Below, in pieces: positions 33,972 through 41,944 of a stretch of DNA of 44,433 nucleotides. The stretch comes from Limisphaerales bacterium (GTDB lineage Bacteria; Verrucomicrobiota; Verrucomicrobiia; Limisphaerales; SIBE01): the NCBI GenBank assembly GCA_044225505.1, contig JBGAIN010000054.1, forward strand, positions 1-44,433. Reading direction: 5' to 3'. The notes beneath the pieces were generated by a model. That model did no database searches, had not been told where the DNA came from, and was given only the letters and a program-made list of their open reading frames with translations. Both the position numbers and the translations under genes were made by a program. The first letter of the stretch is position 1, and each line of letters opens with the position of its first letter.

Positions 33972-36671
33972 GTGAAAACGAACCTGGCACCGCGAGAAAA
34001 GAGACCGAGCTGGAGCACGGGTCTCTGGGGGGGCCAATCAGTCTGGTCAGCCATAGCGGCCGGACTCGTCGCGCTGGGCCTCACGCTGCCAACCATGGCG
34101 GCTCAGCAAGGCACGGCTGTCACAGGTCTCATTTACTACGCGGTTGAAAACTTGAATTTGCAGCGGGTTGAGCTTCGCGGGATTGCCGGGAATGCCGGAA
34201 CGGCGTTTGATCGCCTCAATCTTAGTTCGAACAGTCGCTACCGCATTTGGCTGCTGGAGGCGGCTACCTTGCGAGTGGCGGATGTTGAATTCGCAACGCT
34301 GGCTCCTGGGCGATCCATTCGCCTCCCTGAGTTCCTTTTCCGCCGTGCCAGTTCTCACGACACGGATGGGGATGGACTTCATGATTTGGGAGAATTCATC
34401 GTTGGCACCGATCCGCACAACCGTGACTCGGACGCGGATGGTCTTGAGGATGGACCGGAAGTTCGCCAGGGATTGGATCCGTTGAGCGGCCGGGCCGTTC
34501 GAACCGGCGTGATCGACAGTGTCGATACGCCCGGGACGGCCATCGACATTGTTGCCGCGAACGATTTAGCAGTGATTGCGGACGGGCCTCGAGGTATCTC
34601 TGTTTTCAACGTCTTCAATGGCATGGCTGCGGCTTTGATCGCGCAGGTGGACACGCCGGGAGACGCTCAAGCTGTTGCCCTATCGGGGAATCGTATTGCC
34701 GTCGCGGATGGTGCCGCTGGACTTTCCATTATCGATATCAGCGATCCTCCCGCTGCCTCTATTTTGTCCGAAATCCCATTTGGAGCCGACGCGGTGGCGG
34801 TGACGGTGGCAGGCACGACCGCTTACGTAGGGCTTTCGAACGGGCAAGTTGCGGCCGTTGATCTGCTCGCGGGCACGATTCTCGAGCAGGCTCGGATCGC
34901 CACGACGCGCATCCAGGACGTCGCGATTGGCGGCGAGACGCTTTACGTGTTGGTGGTCGGAAAGGTCTTTAGCATACCTCTTGGCGAGGCTGGGCTGCAG
35001 GTCCGAGGCAGCGCCGAATCACCGGGCGTTCAAGGAGCGGGTCGGCGCCGTTTGCGGTTATTCGCGGGAGATCGCTTGCTCTACGCCACCTACACGTCCG
35101 GCTTCAATATCTTCAACACAGCCGACCCGGAGCAATTGACTCTTCTCAAAACGGTTTCGACGCCCCAATTCGGCTGGAAACAGATCGTTTCCAACGGGGC
35201 TGGAATCGGTTTGGCCGCACTCGGGGCGAACAGCACGGACGACGGCGCGCACGACATCTCACTCTATAACTTGGGCCAGGACGGAACCGGCGGAGATTTC
35301 GTGACGACGTTCCTCACCCCCGGATTAGCCGCGGCGGTCTCGATTTACAATGGGATCGCTTATGTCGCCGACAGCGCCGCTGGATTGCAAGTTGTCAACT
35401 ACTTGCCTTACGACACGCGCGGTCTCCCTCCGACTCTGACCTTATCGACGAGCTTTTCCTCAGGCAGCGCTGAAGAGGGTAAGTTGATGCGGATCACGGC
35501 CCATGTCACCGATGACGTGCAAGTTCGCAACGTCGAATTCTATGTGGATGGCGTGAAAGTCTTCACCGACGGTAATTTTCCCTTCGAACACCGCTTGCTC
35601 ACCCCGTTGATACGAAACGGCCAGACTTCACTCGCCATTCGGGCGCGAGCCTCTGACACAGGCGGGAATGCCTCCTGGAGCGACGCCGTGACTTTGCAGT
35701 TGGTCCGCGATGCGACCCCGCCGCGTGTGCGCCGAACGACTCCTTCCAACGGTGCACTGGTTGGGACCGTCTCGAGTGTTTCGATTTATTTTAGCGAACC
35801 GGTAGATTCCACGACCGTGAATGCAGCGGCGATTCAAGTCGTGACGGCCGGAGCCGATGGACGGGTTGGCACGGCCGATGACACGCCGATTTCGGGAAGT
35901 CTGGACTACCGGGACAACCTCCGCGCGGCTTTGTTTGTTCCGCTCAATCGATTGAGCCCAGGGAATTATAGACTGGCTGTCCTTCCGTCCATCCGGGACC
36001 TTTCCGGTAATCCATTGTCCAGTCCGTTTTTCGCGGATTTCCGCGTCTTTAGCTTCACCGACGAAGATTTGGACGGACTGCCCGATGAACTGGAACCGAC
36101 GCTCGGACTTGACCCCAGGAAGGCGGATTCCGACGGGAATGGAATTGTCGACGGCTTGGAAGATCCGGATAGGGATGGACTGCCTAATGCCGGAGAAGTT
36201 CTGGCAGGCACGGATCCGAAGAAACCCGATACGGATGGCAACGGAATCCTGGATGGCGCAGAGGATCCAGACCGGGACGGGTTGAGCAATGCTCGGGAGT
36301 TTGCCGCCGGCACAAATCCATTGGTTGCCGATACCGATGGAGATGGTTGGAATGACGAAACGGAAGTCACCGGACTGAGTGATCCGCTGGACCCTTCGTC
36401 ACGTCCTCGACTTCGGCTGGTTGGATATCCATCCGTGAGCGTGACCGTGCTTTCCCAACGCGCGAGCGGCCTGATGACCGCGGGCACGATCGTGGGAAGG
36501 CCACCGTTGGGGATCCACCTGAACTCTCTGGCCGATCCCGGTCTGATCGGGTCCGGCGTATTCGTCGCGCGACCGCCGGTGACGCTGCTGCGGCCCTCGG
36601 CGGCATTGGGCAATCAGCAGAATGGGGTCATCATCGCTAAACCACCTTTAGATCTCCGCATCGGACCCTAG
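33972..36671 (+). CDS. Secreted protein with LVIVD-like repeats, Ig-like domains and TSP3-like DxDGDG Ca-binding repeats
   Basis: Signal segment AIAAGLVALGLTLPTMAA, DTPG repeats, AYVADSAAGLQVVN, VRNVEFYVDG, and repeated DTDGDG/GTDP units. Start placed at GTG 33972. Confidence 0.85.
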   Translation: MKTNLAPREKRPSWSTGLWGGQSVWSAIAAGLVALGLTLPTMAAQQGTAVTGLIYYAVENLNLQRVELRGIAGNAGTAFDRLNLSSNSRYRIWLLEAATLRVADVEFATLAPGRSIRLPEFLFRRASSHDTDGDGLHDLGEFIVGTDPHNRDSDADGLEDGPEVRQGLDPLSGRAVRTGVIDSVDTPGTAIDIVAANDLAVIADGPRGISVFNVFNGMAAALIAQVDTPGDAQAVALSGNRIAVADGAAGLSIIDISDPPAASILSEIPFGADAVAVTVAGTTAYVGLSNGQVAAVDLLAGTILEQARIATTRIQDVAIGGETLYVLVVGKVFSIPLGEAGLQVRGSAESPGVQGAGRRRLRLFAGDRLLYATYTSGFNIFNTADPEQLTLLKTVSTPQFGWKQIVSNGAGIGLAALGANSTDDGAHDISLYNLGQDGTGGDFVTTFLTPGLAAAVSIYNGIAYVADSAAGLQVVNYLPYDTRGLPPTLTLSTSFSSGSAEEGKLMRITAHVTDDVQVRNVEFYVDGVKVFTDGNFPFEHRLLTPLIRNGQTSLAIRARASDTGGNASWSDAVTLQLVRDATPPRVRRTTPSNGALVGTVSSVSIYFSEPVDSTTVNAAAIQVVTAGADGRVGTADDTPISGSLDYRDNLRAALFVPLNRLSPGNYRLAVLPSIRDLSGNPLSSPFFADFRVFSFTDEDLDGLPDELEPTLGLDPRKADSDGNGIVDGLEDPDRDGLPNAGEVLAGTDPKKPDTDGNGILDGAEDPDRDGLSNAREFAAGTNPLVADTDGDGWNDETEVTGLSDPLDPSSRPRLRLVGYPSVSVTVLSQRASGLMTAGTIVGRPPLGIHLNSLADPGLIGSGVFVARPPVTLLRPSAALGNQQNGVIIAKPPLDLRIGP
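36060..36400 (+). repeat. Degenerate coding repeats of DxDGDGLxD/N..E...GTDP
   Basis: DEDLDGLPDELE, DSDGNGIVDGLE, DPDRDGLPNAGE, DTDGNGILDGAE, DPDRDGLSNARE, DTDGDGWNDETE. Confidence 0.8.
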
Positions 36672-36722
36672 TGCACGAACATGGAATGATAAATCGCCTC
36701 CTGACAGCGAGCCATTGATCCT

Positions 36723-37940
36723 ATGACGAATCAAACTTCCGATAACGATCTTTCTCCGCGAGGGATGAGGATCGTTCGTAACCTGGGGCTGCTTTTCGCG
36801 TGGCTCTGCTTGGCAAACCAGTTTCCCGCTGCGGCACAGCCCTTTCAATCGGGTAGCAACGGTTCTTACGGTGCCATCAACACCGGTGGCAACACCTTGA
36901 CTCTGGATGTTCCTCCCGACGGAATCTTTCACGCTACCACCGTGACCGTTTCCTCGGGCAGTCGATTGCTATTCAAGCGTAACGCCTTGAACACCCCTGT
37001 TTATCTGCTGGCCACCGGCGATGTGACTATTGCCGGCATCATCGACGTGTCGGGAACGCGCGGGACTGCTTCGGCACCCGGTTATGGAGGCCCGGGCGGA
37101 TTCGACGGCGGAGCCCCAGGGGCGGTCGGGTTGCCTGGAGGGGATGGATTTGGGCCGGGTGGCGGAAAGTCCGGAACGAGCATTGGTAGTAACGCCGATG
37201 ACGCTGGCCCTGGCAGCTATGCCACAGCATCGACGGCAGGCCCGGCAGCCAAACGCGGCCCAACTTACGGGAACCCGCTGCTTTTCCCAATTGTGGGTGG
37301 CTCCGGCGGTGGGGGTGCTTCCGGCAATCCGGGTTGGGGCGGCGGTGGCGGTGGAGGCGCCATTGTCATCGCGTCGACAACCAAGATTGCGTTTTCGGGC
37401 GTCATTCGTGCCGCAGGAGGCAATGCGCTGTCGGGGAATGTACAAAACACAGGCAGCGGTGGAGCCGTGCGTTTAGTTGCCCCTGTCGTTTCAGGCAACG
37501 GTACCATTGAAGTTCGCGGCGATGGGGCCAACTCTGGGAAGGGCGATGGACGTATCCGTGTGGACACGGTGGACCGCACTGGGCTCGCGCTTATTTTCAA
37601 TCCCAATACGGTGGCCACGATCGGAGGTTTGATGGCAACCTTTCCCGATCCTCTGCCTAGGCTGGACATCACCGAAGCGGCTGGACGTCCCATCGCCATT
37701 GATTCAGGCCCTGCTCAAGTCCTGCTCCCGACGGGAAGCCCGGTCAATCAGACGATCAAAGTTCGCGCCAAGGACTTCGGCCAGATTGTGCCCATCCGCC
37801 TGGTCCTGACCCCCGAAAGCGGTGTCTCGCAAAGCTACGATGCGCAAATTGACAATGCGGCCACCAATCCGGCGGAAACAACGCTCAATGTGACTATCCC
37901 GGTCAACGTATTGACACATGTGACCGTCTATTCGCGTTGA
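36723..37940 (+). CDS. Secreted glycine-rich hypothetical protein
   Basis: Signal peptide ending AAA-QP, FQSGSNGSYG, GGPGGFDGG, GGSGGGG...GGGGGGGAI, GSGGAVRL, GDGRIRV. Confidence 0.85.
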   Translation: MTNQTSDNDLSPRGMRIVRNLGLLFAWLCLANQFPAAAQPFQSGSNGSYGAINTGGNTLTLDVPPDGIFHATTVTVSSGSRLLFKRNALNTPVYLLATGDVTIAGIIDVSGTRGTASAPGYGGPGGFDGGAPGAVGLPGGDGFGPGGGKSGTSIGSNADDAGPGSYATASTAGPAAKRGPTYGNPLLFPIVGGSGGGGASGNPGWGGGGGGGAIVIASTTKIAFSGVIRAAGGNALSGNVQNTGSGGAVRLVAPVVSGNGTIEVRGDGANSGKGDGRIRVDTVDRTGLALIFNPNTVATIGGLMATFPDPLPRLDITEAAGRPIAIDSGPAQVLLPTGSPVNQTIKVRAKDFGQIVPIRLVLTPESGVSQSYDAQIDNAATNPAETTLNVTIPVNVLTHVTVYSR

Positions 37941-37959
37941 TGAAGTGGTGTCGCCGTTC

Positions 37960-37973
37960 GCCAGTGCACTGGC
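37960..37973. terminator. Palindrome GCCAGTGCACTGGC between convergent genes; possible weak bidirectional terminator
   Basis: Perfect 14-bp palindrome in the 40-bp gap between two convergent stop codons, with no strong U-tract. Confidence 0.3.
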
Positions 37974-37980
37974 CGTTTAG

Positions 37981-38880
37981 TTACGTCCGATTTACCCCGC
38001 GCTCCTCACCGCCGGGTTCTCTGGAAATTGGGGTTGGTCGATCTCCCCGTCGATCGACCCATTCGCGGACATCACGGAGCATTTTGTCGCGGTCGAGGTC
38101 GTTGTGTGGCTCGTGATAGCTGCCGGGGTAAATGATGAGTTGCTTGTCGGAAGAGCCCACGGCGTTGCACAACCACTGAGCGCCCTGCGGCACATTGAGC
38201 GGATCGGCTCCGCCATGAACAATGAGTAATGGGAGTTTAAGGGAATGGGCTCGATGCCTTACTGACTCGACCGCCGCCAGTGCCTCAATCCCAAACCGAG
38301 CTGTGACATGCTTGAACACGAGAGGATCCGAGTGAAAGTCAGCCTCGACCTTCGGATCGCGAGAAAGCGTTGCCCGCCCTTCCACGCGGATTTTTATTGG
38401 GAACGTTGGCCAGACTCGAGAGAACAGACGCGCGAGTGCGACTCGACTCGGACGGGCCACTCCGACGGGTTCGATGGGAATGCCACAAACCACCGCTCCC
38501 TGAATTCCAGCCGCGTGCTGAAGAAGGTAGGATAAGACGATGAGCGCCCCGAGACTATGGCCGAAACAGAATATCGGGACCTGCGGGTGCTTACGGCGGA
38601 GGTCGTTTAGAAAGAGGTGTAGATCTGAGATATAGTCCTGCCATTGCTCGACGTGGCCTCGGTGACCTGAGGAGCATCCATGTCCTCGCAGGTCAAATGC
38701 GTAAACGCCAATACGCGCCGACGCGAGGCCCTGAGCAAAGGGCAGATACCTCGCGGAGTGTTCCGTGACTCCATGAACGACGACTAGCAGCGCGCGGCCA
38801 AGCGCTGGCGGCAGCCACGATCGAAACGCGAGCGAGACTCCTCCCGCACCTGCGAAACGCTCCAATTCCGGTGTTGCCAT
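37981..38880 (-). CDS. Lysophospholipase / monoacylglycerol lipase (alpha/beta hydrolase)
   Basis: VHGVTEHSARY, DLRGHG, GHSLG, HGGADP, YHEPHND. Confidence 0.92.
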   Translation of the reverse strand: MATPELERFAGAGGVSLAFRSWLPPALGRALLVVVHGVTEHSARYLPFAQGLASARIGVYAFDLRGHGCSSGHRGHVEQWQDYISDLHLFLNDLRRKHPQVPIFCFGHSLGALIVLSYLLQHAAGIQGAVVCGIPIEPVGVARPSRVALARLFSRVWPTFPIKIRVEGRATLSRDPKVEADFHSDPLVFKHVTARFGIEALAAVESVRHRAHSLKLPLLIVHGGADPLNVPQGAQWLCNAVGSSDKQLIIYPGSYHEPHNDLDRDKMLRDVREWVDRRGDRPTPISREPGGEERGVNRT

Positions 38881-39170
38881 AGTTTATGGATGAACAGCTC
38901 GCCTTGCCTCAGGTTTTGGCGAACTTCCGTAGATCCAGATCCAAAGTCAACTCAGATCAAACGGGCGTGTGAGATATGACGTTCGGGCTGGGATCCGACC
39001 GCCCTAAACCGTTTGATGCCGTGATGCCATCGTGACCCTCTGAAATGACGGCTGGCACGTTTTGATTGTCAGCCCAAGAACTTGACGTCTTGTGCGGCAC
39101 GAAGTCCAGTCGGAGCGGTGGCCGGTAGCCTCCATTGACAGCGACCAACGTTCCTTTCAAAATTGCGCGC

Positions 39171-39470
39171 ATGGCTACACCCCCCTTGAGCTCGGAAACG
39201 CGTCGGCGGGTGGATCGTTTGTTTCGGCCTCAGGACCGCGAGGAAGCAGCGCGAATGCTGGCCGAGCAATGCGGAAACAATTTGCCGTTCCTGGAGAAAC
39301 TCAGCGCACAGGAGTTGGAAAGATACCAGTTCGCTGCCCTAAAGTTGAGCAGAGGGAAGTTGCCCCGGCTTCTAGACGCAATCCAATTAGCGAAGACAGA
39401 TTGGCGCGATCTGCTGATGGCGGCGGGGTTCGGTGAGAACGTGCGGGCACATCTGGACTGGAATCCTTGA
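39171..39470 (+). CDS. Small conserved hypothetical protein, 99 aa
   Basis: ERYQFAALKLSRGKLPRLLDAIQLAKTDWRDLLMAAGF resembles a widespread uncharacterised family as I recall it. ATG 39171. Confidence 0.75.
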   Translation: MATPPLSSETRRRVDRLFRPQDREEAARMLAEQCGNNLPFLEKLSAQELERYQFAALKLSRGKLPRLLDAIQLAKTDWRDLLMAAGFGENVRAHLDWNP

Positions 39471-39709
39471 AGGCGCTGCGGCTGAAATGATCAACGAACG
39501 ATTCCGCTACCACCCTTGGAGATCTGTCACAGCAGCGGTTCGAGTTACGTGCGAGCGAGTCAGGCCGCTTTCTCCTCCAGTCTTGGTTTGCCCGGATGGC
39601 AGGCGCCGTGCTCGGCCCTCCCGATAACACGATTGTGGACTTGGCCTTCAGCGCTGAACGAGTCGTTAAAACAGTGAGTTCTTTCCCTGGATCCAGCAAT
39701 GTGTCGTGA

Positions 39710-41941
39710 TTAGTAATGGCATTGGATGACATCGTGCAGGTCCTCGACAAGGACCTCCACTTGGTGTCCGCGCTGTTTGAGCCTGGTGCTGGTATTGAAC
39801 GTTCGGACCTCGTTGACGCGCTCGCTAAAATGGAGCGTGGCTCGAAAAAGGAGCGGATCTTCAATAAGCCCAGGCAAGAGGTAAGGGCGGTTTTTCGGTG
39901 GAGTGGTCTGGGGTGGGGCGTTGTAGTTCAGCAGATGTACCCGCAAGGTTCGGTTTCGCGGATCGTCCGTGACTACTGCTTCCACGGTGGCAGGGGCAAC
40001 AATCTGGACCCGCGGCTTGGGATGCAGCAGATGAACGGCATTCGCGAGAAGCTTCCGCGCTTCGACGGTGTGATGGTCACTCGCGGTGGCCCAGTCGGGT
40101 GAAGTGGCCATAGTCAACACGCGCCCACGCCCGAGTTGGTTTAGCAGAATCGCTGGGCCTACAACGGTGTCAGGACTTAGTGGCCAATCCTCCGGATAGC
40201 GATGCTCTTCGTGCAGCCGAGTGCGCTGAGGTTGAATCAGGTCGCCGATCGGCATCGCGCCCCATGGCTCGTAGACAGTCGCCGGACCGCGCACAAGGAA
40301 CGGAACCGGACCATGGTTGCCGTTTGCCTCATGCCAGTCTCGAGTGTGCGCAATCCCTTCCGAAAGCAGCTTTGTCTCGTCCGTCGTCGCCGAGAGCCTC
40401 ACCCAGTTGTCGGTCGAGTCAATCGTGCGCACCCGTCGGGCACCGACCAGTTCCTGCAGTCCTGAACGATCTCGTTTCTCGCCCCGCCATCCGCGGGTCC
40501 CGCTCTGGCCGGTTACGAGCAGTTGTCCTCCCTCTTCTACGTACTGTCGGAGCAGGGCGATCTCGCCATCCGATAGGACCGACACGTTAGGTAGCACGAC
40601 GACCGGAAGGTGTTTTAATCCTTCGAGAGACAAGTTTTCGTCAAGCACGACGCAGTAAGGAATGTGTTCATAGACCATCGTCTTGTGCGCACCTTGGAAG
40701 CTCTGGAAGTATTCTGCGGGGTTGGCGCGCCCGACCCAATCCCGCGTTCGGCTGCTAAAGTAGAGCCCGACATCCGCCAAAGGGCGATAGCCGAATTCTG
40801 CCCGTTTGGCTTTGGCTTCCTCGAAGGCGGTCCCGATTCTCGCATAGGCGATCGGATCCAGGGTTCCTTCCAGGCCGGTCTTATCGACGATGGTGACAAA
40901 TGCGTCGTGAGCGAGCAGTGTCAAGAGTTCCCAGCGAAGGTCGTTCAACGGCCGCGTGGTTTGGTCGTGGTACATCCGGACGCCCCGTTGTATCGCCACC
41001 TGCACACGTTGCTGGGGCACGGCAGCGCGATAGAACGCAGCATTCAATCCCACCGCAAGCGCGCTGAATCCCCAGACGCCGCTTTCGCCCGTAATGAAGT
41101 CGCCATTGCGCGCATGCTGAACCGGCCGCTGGCCAACCTCAAAACTAAAGGGCGGATTTCCATGATAGTTGAAGTCGACTGTGAGCCGCGGGTGCGTGGA
41201 GCGGATGTGCGTGCGTAGTGCGTTCTCGAAACGGTCACTGGTCCGGTAGCGGAACTCCAGGAACTTGTCCCAAGCCTCGTCCCAAGTCGCTTCGTTGGGC
41301 ATCGGTTGCTTGTATTCCTTCTGGAACTGTTCTCGGCACGAATCGCACCAACAGCCGTAAGGAGGACCGAACCCTTGATCAACCATGTCAATGTGGAAGC
41401 CGTCAATGCTATAGGCAGCCTGTTCAGCGATGATCTGCTTCATTGCTTCGAGGTAGCCAGAGTTATAGCAGAAGCGCCCCAGCGGCTTGTGGTCGGCCCC
41501 GCGCATTTCCCATTCTGGATGGGCTTTGAGGTAATGGCCGCCCTGTTGGACGACGCAGTAGGCGATGACCGGCAATCGGTGCTGGCGGGCCTCGTCCGTC
41601 GCCTCCTGCAACGGATCGCGTTCTCCCAATCCCGGAGCCTTGGGCAACAGTTGGGAGTTGTAGTAGGCATAGTCTCCGTCGCGCGCCCAGAGGACCAGAT
41701 ATTCGCTATGTGCCGCTACCGCCCGGCGCACGATCTCGCGCCCGTCGAAATGGGCACAGTAACGCCGATCGCTCGGATCGCTGTCTCCAAATTGAGCCCC
41801 GGTCGGGCCTACCTCCATGCCCACTTGGGCCTTCTGATACCACATCCCGGTCGAGGTAATATTCGTGGGAGCGGAGGAGGCAGCCGCCATGCCGGTCAAG
41901 GCAACGACGATGAGCCAAAAGCGATGCGATCCTGAGTTCAT
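39710..41941 (-). CDS. Secreted glycoside hydrolase-like protein with beta-galactosidase trimerisation-like domain
   Basis: Signal peptide, ARDGDYAYYNS, HPEW, CYNSGY, IDGFHIDM, GCWCDSC..F, VVLPN..LSD...LRQYVEEGGQLLVTG. Confidence 0.8.
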   Translation of the reverse strand: MNSGSHRFWLIVVALTGMAAASSAPTNITSTGMWYQKAQVGMEVGPTGAQFGDSDPSDRRYCAHFDGREIVRRAVAAHSEYLVLWARDGDYAYYNSQLLPKAPGLGERDPLQEATDEARQHRLPVIAYCVVQQGGHYLKAHPEWEMRGADHKPLGRFCYNSGYLEAMKQIIAEQAAYSIDGFHIDMVDQGFGPPYGCWCDSCREQFQKEYKQPMPNEATWDEAWDKFLEFRYRTSDRFENALRTHIRSTHPRLTVDFNYHGNPPFSFEVGQRPVQHARNGDFITGESGVWGFSALAVGLNAAFYRAAVPQQRVQVAIQRGVRMYHDQTTRPLNDLRWELLTLLAHDAFVTIVDKTGLEGTLDPIAYARIGTAFEEAKAKRAEFGYRPLADVGLYFSSRTRDWVGRANPAEYFQSFQGAHKTMVYEHIPYCVVLDENLSLEGLKHLPVVVLPNVSVLSDGEIALLRQYVEEGGQLLVTGQSGTRGWRGEKRDRSGLQELVGARRVRTIDSTDNWVRLSATTDETKLLSEGIAHTRDWHEANGNHGPVPFLVRGPATVYEPWGAMPIGDLIQPQRTRLHEEHRYPEDWPLSPDTVVGPAILLNQLGRGRVLTMATSPDWATASDHHTVEARKLLANAVHLLHPKPRVQIVAPATVEAVVTDDPRNRTLRVHLLNYNAPPQTTPPKNRPYLLPGLIEDPLLFRATLHFSERVNEVRTFNTSTRLKQRGHQVEVLVEDLHDVIQCHY

Positions 41942-41944
41942 GAT

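Noticed and set aside
33831..33972. Programmed frameshift fusing the RHS gene to the downstream ORF (the track ORF begins at 33861)
   Set aside because: The downstream gene has its own GTG start at 33972 and its own signal segment. I saw no slippery site, and the overlapping translation looks non-coding.
36060..36400. Repetitive DNA as a CRISPR array or tandem repeat element
   Set aside because: The repeats are degenerate, in frame and explained by protein DxDGDG motifs; there is no identical repeat-spacer structure.
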